Made by a program: the position numbers and the translations under genes | Shown: piece by piece, positions 17,544 to 26,319 of the stretch | Numbering within the stretch: position 1 is the first letter of the stretch | How the letters are laid out: every line of letters starts with the position of its first letter | Assembly (NCBI GenBank): GCA_035479875.1 | Contig: DATIIH010000013.1 | Location: 37,089-101,088, forward strand | Reading direction: 5' to 3' | Length of the DNA: 64,000 bases | Source: Patescibacteria group bacterium | Lineage (GTDB): Bacteria; Patescibacteriota; Saccharimonadia; Saccharimonadales; UBA4665 | The notes under the pieces: model-generated | Database searches by the model: none | What the model was told of the DNA's origin: nothing | The model's input: the letters and a program-made list of their open reading frames with translations, nothing else

Positions 17544-19100
17544 CTACTTGCCTTTAGTAGTAAATTCGGTGGCGCCGCAGGTGCAGCCCTTGTTTAACTT
17601 TTTGGAGTTATAGACGTAATAGATGTTGCCCGTCTTGCCGCAGGAGGTGCATGAACGCTCGACGTCGTGCACCATATCATCACCTTCCTCAAATCCCAGC
17701 AGAACCTTCATGGCATCGGCCTCAGGGCCGACGGCCTCTACTAAGCCACAACTGCCGGCGCCGCAGAATACAACCGGCGGGGCGTCGGCTTCGATATCCC
17801 GTTCGATTGCGCGGATAGCATCTTCGGTGTGCTGCCCGCGGGTTTCGGCCAACTCACGCAGACGCTTGGCAGTCTGGACGTTAAACGCCACTTCGGCTTG
17901 ATCGGGATTGTGCTTGACCAGGCCAAACACAATCTTTTTAACCTGTCGCTCAACGAGACCCATAGCCGACCAGTGGTCAATACCGGACTGTTCGAGCGTC
18001 ATCAAGAAGTCGGCGAGATCTTCGCTGCTCGCGTCGAGCTTCTCTTGACGGGCAACGGCCTCGGCTTCGATAGCGGCGTAGTCCATGGGGTGGTCGTCGG
18101 CCACAATCTCGCCCATAAAGATGCGTTTGCCGGTGCGCTTGCTGGCGATCGCATCCAGCCTCTTGCCAACAGCCACGACACCCTCGCCGGTGACGTTAAT
18201 AACCTGCTTCTCGCGGACTTCGGCTTTGCTAAGCATTTCGCCCTGCTGGGCAACGCCCACCTCCCTAAGGAACTCAACAATATCGTCATGAGTAATGTTT
18301 TCGCCCGAGAGGCCAAGCTGTTCTTGGTAACGGGCATCTTTGCCATAACGCACACCGCGAATCATAAACTTGTCGTTCTCCGGCACATAGCCACCTAGGC
18401 CCAGCTCGGAGCCTCTGGCGTGCGCTGCTTTTGCCCAGTCAGCACATTCCGAAATGGTAGTGACGCGCGTATCGGGCAACGTCGAATTGGCTTCTGGCTG
18501 GCCAGGGCGGAGCACGGTCAAGTTGCCAACCGCCAAATGGCCTAATTTGCGAACGGCGATGTAGGTGGCCTCTTCTACGTACTCGCCTAAGCGGTAGCCC
18601 AGCTCTTCGTCCTCAGCTATCGGCGTAATGCCATCGCTTACCATGTCGATGAGGCAACGCCCTAAGAAGTGGTAGGCATTGGCAGCGGAGTCGAAGGTCT
18701 GTCTGGTCTCTGGGAAAAACTCCCACGTGCGTTTGCGCATTGCTTCGGCAAGCAGACGCTTGGTGTCTGTGGTCAGGCTCTGGCGGGCTTCGGCGGCCTG
18801 AGAGCTTTCTTTGCCGTGTGTTCGGCGCGCCTGGTTAGCGCGGGCCGCAGTAGTAAGTGGGTCAACTGCGTAAGGGACTTGCTGCTCGCTGTCGCCCTCG
18901 TTAAGTAAACGCCTGCGCCCGTCAAGGATAGCCCGGGCGCGGACACGGGCCGCTTCGCGTTCTTCACGTAAGCCGCGGATGCTGTCGGCGTCAACCCACC
19001 CCAAAAACTCCGGCCCGTTTTCAAAAACGGGGGCGGCGCTTGATGCAAATTCTGGCGCATGGGCTACGGCGGTTATAAAAATACCCTCTTTCCAGAGCAA
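17544..19100 (-). CDS. Soluble hypothetical protein with C-terminal Cys cluster; true start uncertain
   Basis: 518-codon ORF with no TM or signal peptide; CGAGSC, CTSC and CTC near the C-terminus. The TTG start lies inside the riboswitch terminator. Confidence 0.75.
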   Translation of the reverse strand: MLWKEGIFITAVAHAPEFASSAAPVFENGPEFLGWVDADSIRGLREEREAARVRARAILDGRRRLLNEGDSEQQVPYAVDPLTTAARANQARRTHGKESSQAAEARQSLTTDTKRLLAEAMRKRTWEFFPETRQTFDSAANAYHFLGRCLIDMVSDGITPIAEDEELGYRLGEYVEEATYIAVRKLGHLAVGNLTVLRPGQPEANSTLPDTRVTTISECADWAKAAHARGSELGLGGYVPENDKFMIRGVRYGKDARYQEQLGLSGENITHDDIVEFLREVGVAQQGEMLSKAEVREKQVINVTGEGVVAVGKRLDAIASKRTGKRIFMGEIVADDHPMDYAAIEAEAVARQEKLDASSEDLADFLMTLEQSGIDHWSAMGLVERQVKKIVFGLVKHNPDQAEVAFNVQTAKRLRELAETRGQHTEDAIRAIERDIEADAPPVVFCGAGSCGLVEAVGPEADAMKVLLGFEEGDDMVHDVERSCTSCGKTGNIYYVYNSKKLNKGCTCGATEFTTKGK

Positions 19101-19232
19101 GGTAGAGGGTGAGGTAGGCGCTTTCCTGCTCGGGAATGTCGTTACAAGCTGTATCGGACTCGACCCTATGGGGCATCACCGTTGCGGCACAGTACAGGAT
19201 TCTCACCTGCTTCCAGCAATATGTTGTTAAGT
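19074..19232 (-). ncRNA. Cobalamin riboswitch, short class-II-like (AdoCbl-variant-like), with terminator/antiterminator platform
   Basis: GCUG-GAAG-CAGG UGAGAAU CCUG-U-ACUGU GCCGCA ACGGU-GA-hairpin-GAGUCCGAUA-CAGC, an outer stem, a downstream UUCC-CGAGCA-GGAA hairpin, then ACCCUCU/AGAGGGU followed by AUUUUU. Confidence 0.82.
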
Positions 19233-19238
19233 ACATCT

Positions 19239-19247
19239 ATCATAGCA
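19239..19247 (-). promoter_or_regulatory. Extended -10 promoter for the riboswitch leader
   Basis: TGCTATGAT; predicted start site ~19232, at the 5' edge of the aptamer. Confidence 0.6.
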
Positions 19248-19295
19248 AACTAGACACTACATACGTGGTGTAGTTTTACCAACAAAGCACTACGA

Positions 19296-19757
19296 TTACT
19301 GCTCGGCGGCAGTCGTCTTTTGCTTGAGGGCGCTGAGGCGCGGAATAAAGCTCTGAGCGGCGCCATCGAGGCCTAGAACCTTAAGCGCACCTACCAATAC
19401 ATATAAATGGTCGAGATTATCGGTTGCCACTTGGCCGGCCTGCTCCAGCTCGGCAAACAAATACTCTACCTTTTCGACCAACCACTTTTCTTCAGACGGT
19501 TTTATTTGATTGGTGGGAATCTTGCTTGGTTCGCTAGGCTCGACAACTTCGAGCGAGCGCGCCGAGTGGTCGCGCTTGCGCAAATGCCCGCGCCGGATGA
19601 GATTATTAATATGCAACGCCACAGTCGCCACCGATGTGTAATTAAGCCCTGTCATTATTTCTCGGTAACTCGGGCTATACCCGTGCTCGGCAATAAACTG
19701 CTCGATAAAGGTTAGTAGCTCGCGTTGCTTTTTGGTTGGTCGTACGGTGTCGCTCAT
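19296..19757 (-). CDS. LexA-like repressor: N-terminal winged HTH only, no S24 peptidase domain
   Basis: TKKQRELLTFIEQFIAEHGYSPSYREI...SVATVALHINNLIRRGHLRKRDHSARSLEV. The C-terminus is helical, with no Ala-Gly site or Ser/Lys dyad. SD AAGGAGG. Confidence 0.82.
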   Translation of the reverse strand: MSDTVRPTKKQRELLTFIEQFIAEHGYSPSYREIMTGLNYTSVATVALHINNLIRRGHLRKRDHSARSLEVVEPSEPSKIPTNQIKPSEEKWLVEKVEYLFAELEQAGQVATDNLDHLYVLVGALKVLGLDGAAQSFIPRLSALKQKTTAAEQ

Positions 19758-19773
19758 GCCCCCTCCTTTGCAA

Positions 19774-19963
19774 AGACCCGCCGTGCGGGGTACTGTGCCC
19801 CGAGGCGATACCAAAAGTGATTACTCAAGGTAAACCAAGCCGCCGCAAGAGAGAATTTACGCTCCGTGCCCACGTCGCGAGCAAACAGAGCAATCCCACC
19901 CCAGTGATAGCAGGTTCCGCCAATCATACACTCATTTTGTTGGATAAGATCGGCGCGGGTCTC
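19774..19963 (-). ncRNA. Candidate ~190-nt rod-like structured RNA (6S-like or cis-regulatory leader)
   Basis: The ends pair (AGACCCGC/GCGGGUCU) and a nested series of helices with many G-U pairs forms on the minus strand only. Extended -10 TGGTATACT at 20006-19998. Confidence 0.45.
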
Positions 19964-20069
19964 ACAAAAACGGTCTGTACTACCCATACCTCATACCAGT
20001 ATACCAACAAATGCTAGTACTTGTCGGTGCCCGGGCAACGACTAATCCAAAGTGGTACAATCTAATCAC

Positions 20070-21509
20070 ATGAAGAACAACGCCTCACTTGTGTATAACC
20101 TGTGCTTAATGGTGGGAGACTTTTTGGCATTAGTGGCGGCATTTGTGGCAGCGTACGTGCTGCGCATTAAGTTGGAGGTGGGCATTAGTAGCGGACCGAT
20201 TGGACCCAGTAACGGTCGAGCCTTTTTGGCCGTTTTTTTGAGCGTCTTGCCGTTTTGGATTCTGATTTTTGCCCTGCTTGGCTTATATAACAGCAACATC
20301 TATGAGTACCGGTTTAAAGAACTCGGGCGGCTGCTTGTCGGCTCGTTTATTGGCCTGTTGTTTGTTATCTTTTGGAACTTTGTGGCCAGCAAGCCAATCT
20401 TCCCTGCCCGGCTGGTGCCGATTTACGGCTTTGCCTTTGGCTTTATCTTTTTAGTAGTCTTTAGAAACTTAGCACGCTTTATCCGGGTACAACTCTTTAG
20501 AAGCGGGACCGGACTAACTCGCGTACTTCTGGTAGGCAACACGTCGATGACACTCGACCTGTTGGGCTGGCTTAATAGCCCGCGCTCCGGCTACAAGGTG
20601 GTAGGCGTGGTGGGCGGCAAACGAGCCGTGGGCAAGCATCTGGTACCGCTATTCCAAACCTTTGGCCAGTTTTTGCTCACTCCGCACGGTGAGCTGCACG
20701 GCATTATCCAGACCGAACTGTATGCAGATGAGGCGCAAAACGCCAAAATCCTCTCCTATGCCCAAGAAAGTCATGTTGGCTACCGGTTTGTCCCGGGCAA
20801 CAGTGAATTGTTTGTGGGCAATATAGAAGTAGAGCTGTTTCGCAACAGCGTGCCGGTAATTACCGTGCATCAAACAGCGTTGTTCGGGTGGGGGCGTGTG
20901 GTAAAACGGCTGTTCGACCTCACGGTCGGGCTGTTCTTGCTGCTGCTTGCTTCGCCGCTGATGCTCCTAATCATACTGGTCCTAAAAATTACTGAGCCGC
21001 ATTCACCAGTATTTTATAAGCCCAAACGTCTGGGGCGTTTTGGCAGCACCTTTAGCTTTTACAAATTCCGTAATATGTATCAAAAGTATTGCATGAGCCC
21101 AGAAGAAGGCTTTGCCAAAATGGGCCGGCTAGACTTGCTCAAAGAATACCGTGCTAATGGCGACTGGCTGGCAAACGACCCTCGGGTGACACCCTTCGGC
21201 CGCATCCTGCGCAAAACGAGCCTCGACGAATTACCGCAGCTGATCAACATCGTAAAGGGCGACATGAGTCTGGTTGGTCCTCGGGCGCTCGACCCCATCG
21301 ACCTCGTTAAATATGACAAGAAGAATCTGATTCTGGCGGTTAAAACTGGGCTGACCGGCCTAGCTGTAGTCTCTGGACGGCGGGGCATCAGCTTTGAGGA
21401 ACGCCGCAAGCTCGACTTGTACTATGTGCAAAACTGGAGTTTTTGGCTTGATATAACGATCCTGCTTAAAACTGTCCGGGTCGCCCTGGGGGGCCGAGGG
21501 AACACCTAA
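20070..21509 (+). CDS. Priming polyprenyl-phosphate sugar phosphotransferase (WcaJ/WbaP family)
   Basis: N-terminal TMs, KRLFDL, FYKFRNM, DPRVTPFGRILRKTSLDELPQLINIVKGDMSLVGPR, DLYYVQNWSFWLD. Confidence 0.92.
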   Translation: MKNNASLVYNLCLMVGDFLALVAAFVAAYVLRIKLEVGISSGPIGPSNGRAFLAVFLSVLPFWILIFALLGLYNSNIYEYRFKELGRLLVGSFIGLLFVIFWNFVASKPIFPARLVPIYGFAFGFIFLVVFRNLARFIRVQLFRSGTGLTRVLLVGNTSMTLDLLGWLNSPRSGYKVVGVVGGKRAVGKHLVPLFQTFGQFLLTPHGELHGIIQTELYADEAQNAKILSYAQESHVGYRFVPGNSELFVGNIEVELFRNSVPVITVHQTALFGWGRVVKRLFDLTVGLFLLLLASPLMLLIILVLKITEPHSPVFYKPKRLGRFGSTFSFYKFRNMYQKYCMSPEEGFAKMGRLDLLKEYRANGDWLANDPRVTPFGRILRKTSLDELPQLINIVKGDMSLVGPRALDPIDLVKYDKKNLILAVKTGLTGLAVVSGRRGISFEERRKLDLYYVQNWSFWLDITILLKTVRVALGGRGNT

Positions 21510-21510
21510 C

Positions 21511-22617
21511 ATGGGCGCGACCAGGACAGCGCCAAAAGTAGCGATTGTACACGACTGGCTGATTGGCGGTGGTGCCGAGCGTGTAGTTTTTGAAATGCAC
21601 CGTCTGTTCCCCGACGCGCCTATATACACCTCGTACGCCACTGAGAAGTGGCGAGCCGATCTAGACAATAAAGTGGTGACTGGCTGGCTGCAACACCTTG
21701 GCACAATACGCAAGTTTATTCCTTTTTTGCGAATCTGGTGGTTTACACATCTTGACCTCAGCAGATACGACTTGGTCATAAGCAGCTCCGGCGCCGAAGC
21801 TAAGGGCATTAAGGTACCCAAAGGCGTAGTGCACGTTAATTACTGCCACGCGCCAACGCACTACTACTGGAGCCGTTACGACGAGTACATGGCGCATCCC
21901 GGTTTTGGGGTGTTCGACCCGTTGGCGCGAGCAGGACTTAAGTTGCTCGTGGGCCCTTTACGCAAGTGGGACTACCGCGCCGCGCAACGCCCGGATTACA
22001 TGATTGCTAATTCTAACTTCACTAGAGCCGAGATCAAAAAGTATTACGGTCGCGAAGCAACCGTAATACATCCACCTGTCCTTATTGACCGCTTTGAACG
22101 CGCCGACACCAACGGCGCACGCAACGGATTCTTGGTTGGCGGCCGCCTCACGCCGTATAAACGAGCCGACTTGGCCGTTATGGCTTGCGCCAAGCTTGGC
22201 CTGCCCCTCACCGTGTTTGGCGATGGCCCCGATCTTGAGCGGCTCAAAGGCTTGAGCGGCCCCACCATTACCTTCACTGGCTATATCTCCGACGAAGCGG
22301 TAGTGCAGTGTTTTGCCCATGCCCAAGCATACATCTTCCCGCTGGTTGACGACTTTGGGGTGGTAGGTATCGAATCGTTGGCCGCCGGCACACCGGTTAT
22401 TAGCCCGCGCGCTGGCGGTGCGCTCGACTATATTCAGGAAGGCAAAACCGGCTTGTTCTTCGAGCAACAAACGGTGGAATCGCTCGGTCAGGCTCTCCAA
22501 GAGTTCAACCTCAAAGACTTTAAATCGGCTGACATTAAAGTGTTTGCGCGCCAGTTCTCGCCAGAGACCTTTAGGAAAACACTCAAACAATATCTCGATA
22601 AGATATTTGACAAATAA
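21511..22617 (+). CDS. GT4 glycosyltransferase
   Basis: VAIVHDWLIGGGAERV, DDFGVVGIESLAAGTPVI. Confidence 0.9.
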   Translation: MGATRTAPKVAIVHDWLIGGGAERVVFEMHRLFPDAPIYTSYATEKWRADLDNKVVTGWLQHLGTIRKFIPFLRIWWFTHLDLSRYDLVISSSGAEAKGIKVPKGVVHVNYCHAPTHYYWSRYDEYMAHPGFGVFDPLARAGLKLLVGPLRKWDYRAAQRPDYMIANSNFTRAEIKKYYGREATVIHPPVLIDRFERADTNGARNGFLVGGRLTPYKRADLAVMACAKLGLPLTVFGDGPDLERLKGLSGPTITFTGYISDEAVVQCFAHAQAYIFPLVDDFGVVGIESLAAGTPVISPRAGGALDYIQEGKTGLFFEQQTVESLGQALQEFNLKDFKSADIKVFARQFSPETFRKTLKQYLDKIFDK

Positions 22618-22641
22618 CCAAAAAGGAGTAGTTTAGACAAT

Positions 22642-24474
22642 ATGTGTGGAATTGTTGGCTATATCGGAAATAAAAACGGCACCGACGTTGTATTGGCCGG
22701 CCTAAGAGGCTTGGAATATCGCGGTTACGACTCAGCAGGCATTGCCCTGCTTACTAACGAAGGCAAAGCCAAACTACTAAAGCAAGTGGGGCGCGTTGAA
22801 GGCCTGGAGAAACTGATTGACGAAGACGGCGACACCGACGCACGTCTGGCCATCGGGCATACCCGTTGGGCGACGCATGGCAAGCCTTCAATTACGAATG
22901 CCCACCCGCATTGCAACACCGAGCGTACCATTTTTGTGGTGCATAACGGCATTATCGAGAACTATGTTGAGCTGCGCGATTGGCTCACCAAAGAGGGATA
23001 CGTGTTTGCATCGGAAACTGACACCGAAACCGTGCCGCACCTTTTAGACTACTACGTTAAAAAGACTGGGTCGTTCGAGGAAGCGTTTGTTAAAACGCTC
23101 AAAGAAATTCGTGGCGCATACGCCATCTTGGCGATGTACGCTGGCGAACCAGACAAACTATACGCTGCCCGTTTGAGCAGTCCAATGGTTATTGGTGTGG
23201 GCAAGGATGAATGCATCGTAGCGTCCGACCCATCGGCCATTTTGGAGCACACTAAAGAAGTGATCTATGTGCACGACAACGAGATGGTGATTGTCGACAA
23301 AGGCTCTTACAAAATTACCGACCTCATGCACGATGCAGAAGTGCAGCGCGAAACCGAAACACTCGACTTTGACATCAACCAAGCCGTGCTCGGTGATTAC
23401 CCACACTTTATGCTCAAAGAAATCTTTGAAACACCTGGCACCATCCGTTTAGCCTCGCTGGGACGCAGCAATGCCGCCACCAACATGATTAAGCTCGGCG
23501 GACTGGACAGTGTCCGCGGCCAACTGCAATATATCGATCGCATCGTCATTGTAGCCTGCGGAACATCCTCCTACGCCAGTATGGTAGGGGAGTACTTACT
23601 GGAAGAAATTGCCGGCATTCCGGTGGAAGTCCAGTTAGCTAGCGAATTTAAATACCGCAAGGAGCCGTTCTCGCGCTCCACCGCTATGATTGTCGTGTCG
23701 CAATCCGGCGAAACCGCCGACACCATCGCCGCGCTCAAAAAGGTTGAAGATTACGGCGTCCTGCGCCTCGGCATCGTCAACGCCGTAGGCAGCACTATTG
23801 CTCGCATGACCGACGCCGGGGTCTATTGCCACGCCGGGCCAGAGCAGGCCGTGGCTAGCACCAAAGCGTTTATCGCCCAGGTGATGGTGCTCCTACTGAT
23901 CGCCCTCAATCTTTCCAAAGAAAGTAATGAACTCTACAAGCCACTGCTGGAAGAAATTGAAGCGTTGCCGGCCAAAGCCGAACAGATCTTGGCCCAGGCC
24001 GAAAAGATTAAGGAAGTTGCCGAAAAATACAAAGACCACCGCGACTTTCTGTTTATCGGCCGGCGCTACAGCTACCCGGCCGCACTCGAAGGCGCGCTCA
24101 AACTTAAAGAGGTCAGCTACATTCATGCCGAAGGCTACGCCGCCGGCGAGATGAAGCATGGCCCGCTAGCTATGATCGACGAGAACTTCCCCACTTTTGC
24201 CCTAGCCTGCGACGACTCGATGCTGGAAAAAACAATTTCCAACATGCAGGAAATCCGTGCCCGCAGCGGCAAAATCGTAGCGATCGCTACTGAAGGCAAT
24301 AAAACGGTTGCCGCCCACGCCGATGACGTCATATATATCCCTGGGACTATGGAGCAGACCGGCCCCATCCTCCAGGCTATCGTCATGCAACTCTTTGCTT
24401 ACTACATCGCTACTGCCAAAGGCTTAAACGTAGACCGTCCGCGCAACTTGGCCAAATCGGTTACTGTTGAATAG
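22642..24474 (+). CDS. glmS: Glutamine--fructose-6-phosphate aminotransferase
   Basis: MCGIVG, EYRGYDSAG, GHTRWATHG, SQSGETADT, PRNLAKSVTVE. Confidence 0.97.
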   Translation: MCGIVGYIGNKNGTDVVLAGLRGLEYRGYDSAGIALLTNEGKAKLLKQVGRVEGLEKLIDEDGDTDARLAIGHTRWATHGKPSITNAHPHCNTERTIFVVHNGIIENYVELRDWLTKEGYVFASETDTETVPHLLDYYVKKTGSFEEAFVKTLKEIRGAYAILAMYAGEPDKLYAARLSSPMVIGVGKDECIVASDPSAILEHTKEVIYVHDNEMVIVDKGSYKITDLMHDAEVQRETETLDFDINQAVLGDYPHFMLKEIFETPGTIRLASLGRSNAATNMIKLGGLDSVRGQLQYIDRIVIVACGTSSYASMVGEYLLEEIAGIPVEVQLASEFKYRKEPFSRSTAMIVVSQSGETADTIAALKKVEDYGVLRLGIVNAVGSTIARMTDAGVYCHAGPEQAVASTKAFIAQVMVLLLIALNLSKESNELYKPLLEEIEALPAKAEQILAQAEKIKEVAEKYKDHRDFLFIGRRYSYPAALEGALKLKEVSYIHAEGYAAGEMKHGPLAMIDENFPTFALACDDSMLEKTISNMQEIRARSGKIVAIATEGNKTVAAHADDVIYIPGTMEQTGPILQAIVMQLFAYYIATAKGLNVDRPRNLAKSVTVE

Positions 24475-25558
24475 ACAACGCAGCCGGCAACGGCAACGGG
24501 CGACCTAAATCTTCGAATAGGTCGGCGAATAGCTGCAGACCTCGGAGATACAGCGCCTTGGTTTCTGGCTCAACCGCAGCGTGCGAAACGCGCGTGAGAT
24601 ACTGCATGACCGCCGAATACATAACACGGTGATATTGCTGGTCTGTAAAATAAGCCCGGAACCTCGGCATGCCGTCCATATACTGCTGACGGCGCCGGAC
24701 TTCCAGGTGGTAACCGTTGTCTATTTCGACCAGCTCAAACTCTCCGCGCACAATGGCGTTCCAACCGTGCAAGCTCCACAGCAAGCGCCCCTGATCAACT
24801 TCGATCGGATAAGGTTCAATGCGTTGAGGGTCGATCATATAAATGACTCCGTCTTCTACCAACAAGTTGTCGGTGTGGGTGTCGCCATGGACAAAGCCAA
24901 TAGCGTCCGGCGACAAATAATTGCGCAACTCGTCATCTTCTTGCACAGCGGCTACGAAACGATTCGGCCCCGGCAGTAACTTGCCGTTAACCAACACTGC
25001 CTCAGACTCCAAAAGCTTCTGCAGATACAGGAAATCTTTGGCCTTCGCATTGTACGAATTGTATTTATCAAAAAAGAAACTGTGTTCCCTAGAATTATGC
25101 AACGGGATCTTGGGGCTGCTATCAAAGAGTGCTTGGTTCTGATCGAGCGCCTTAATAATAAGATCCATCGTTTCTTGCGTCTCTTTGCCTTCGTTGGCGA
25201 TGGCGATTTGCTCAATGCTGCGCGCATGCCGTAGCCAGCGGAGCAGTACAAAAGCATACGCTTCGCCAAGATGGGACGTAATATAGTGCGGCCGTACGCT
25301 GGGTAGTGCTTTCTCATACCAGCGGGCCTCGTCGCGCGTTACCTTGGCCTCGCCAAACTCAACTTTAAGGCCATAGCGCACATCATCGGCGGTAAATACG
25401 AATATCATTGAGTGGGTGTTATGGCTGTCGTGCACCACAACGCGACGCGTGCTAAGCAGCCGCAGTAACTGGGCCTTAAGATCGTCCCGCGACCGACACT
25501 GGAGCGTGGTAAGACGCTCTAATAAAGTTTTGAGTTCTTCGCCGATGTTCGCTGCCAC
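24461..25558 (-). CDS. APH/choline-kinase-like phosphotransferase
   Basis: Kinase Lys/Glu region (YGLKVE...RDEARWY), Brenner motif HGDTHTDN, YMIDP. Confidence 0.72.
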   Translation of the reverse strand: MAANIGEELKTLLERLTTLQCRSRDDLKAQLLRLLSTRRVVVHDSHNTHSMIFVFTADDVRYGLKVEFGEAKVTRDEARWYEKALPSVRPHYITSHLGEAYAFVLLRWLRHARSIEQIAIANEGKETQETMDLIIKALDQNQALFDSSPKIPLHNSREHSFFFDKYNSYNAKAKDFLYLQKLLESEAVLVNGKLLPGPNRFVAAVQEDDELRNYLSPDAIGFVHGDTHTDNLLVEDGVIYMIDPQRIEPYPIEVDQGRLLWSLHGWNAIVRGEFELVEIDNGYHLEVRRRQQYMDGMPRFRAYFTDQQYHRVMYSAVMQYLTRVSHAAVEPETKALYLRGLQLFADLFEDLGRPLPLPAALSIQQ

Positions 25559-25560
25559 CC

Positions 25561-26319
25561 CTAACCTCCTGCTACGCCCAACATGCCTCTGACCACCATG
25601 GCTGTGTCTTCCCAGCGAGCGACAGCGATGGTGTCGATGCCCAATGCCTTAACAGGATAGTCGTTGCCGCCTTCTTCGAGTTGGTCGCCAATAAATAGTA
25701 AGTCTGATTCCTTAAGTCCGGTTGTCTCTAGCAGCTTCTTCATGCCATAGCCTTTGTCGATGCCGGGTCGGAGAATATTGAGCGATGTAGTGGCGTCGAT
25801 GTTAACTTCAAAGTCCGGGATCATAGCGGCCACAACTTCACGCAACTTCTTGCGCTTGGTACGGTCCGGGTCCCACGCATATTTATCTTCTGGCTTAGCC
25901 TTCTGGCCGAGGGCAGAAAACGCGATTAGGCTCTCGCGGTCGTCGATGACCGGGCCGGCAGGGTTGGCCGGCCACATGCCTAGACTTTTAGCGCCTTTCT
26001 CGAGGGCATCAATGATGCGTTTTTTGTCTTCGTCGGGGAGCGCTTCGATATATTGGCGCACCCATTCATTCTTCGCTAAGTCGTAGCGGTAATACTGCGT
26101 ACCTGCCGTAGGCATCAAATGAAAATGCGTAAATGCTGCGGCGTCGAGCGGCAAACGCTCAATAGCGTTCGCTATGATTTGCTCATACCGCCCGCCGGTT
26201 ATGATGCAAATGTCATAATATTTGGTAAGCTCGACGAGCAGCTCACCCATAGTGTCAGTAATCGGTGATTTGGTGACGGCCAGTGTGTCGTCCAAGTCAA
26301 AAACGATAATTTTCTTCAT
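25561..26319 (-). CDS. HAD-IIB hydrolase, eukaryote-type phosphomannomutase-like
   Basis: FDLDDTL, ITGG, FSALGQKA, GIDKGYG, FIGDQLEEGGNDYPV. Confidence 0.8.
   Translation of the reverse strand: MKKIIVFDLDDTLAVTKSPITDTMGELLVELTKYYDICIITGGRYEQIIANAIERLPLDAAAFTHFHLMPTAGTQYYRYDLAKNEWVRQYIEALPDEDKKRIIDALEKGAKSLGMWPANPAGPVIDDRESLIAFSALGQKAKPEDKYAWDPDRTKRKKLREVVAAMIPDFEVNIDATTSLNILRPGIDKGYGMKKLLETTGLKESDLLFIGDQLEEGGNDYPVKALGIDTIAVARWEDTAMVVRGMLGVAGG

Noticed and set aside
18773-19060. 95-aa alternative-frame ORF starting just after the riboswitch terminator
   Set aside because: Fully overlaps the 518-aa gene, has a poorly spaced SD and no protein-like features. Only its ATG matters, as a possible frameshifted start.
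19141-19200. Possible tRNA (GGGTCGAGTCC resembles a T-arm)
   Set aside because: No cloverleaf or CCA end; the segment is explained by the riboswitch P6/B12 box. No tRNA or rRNA was recognised anywhere in the window.
19256-19274. ACTACA-N7-TGTAGT inverted repeat after the lexA-like gene
   Set aside because: Only 6 bp per arm and no U-tract in the gene's direction; too weak to call a terminator or operator.
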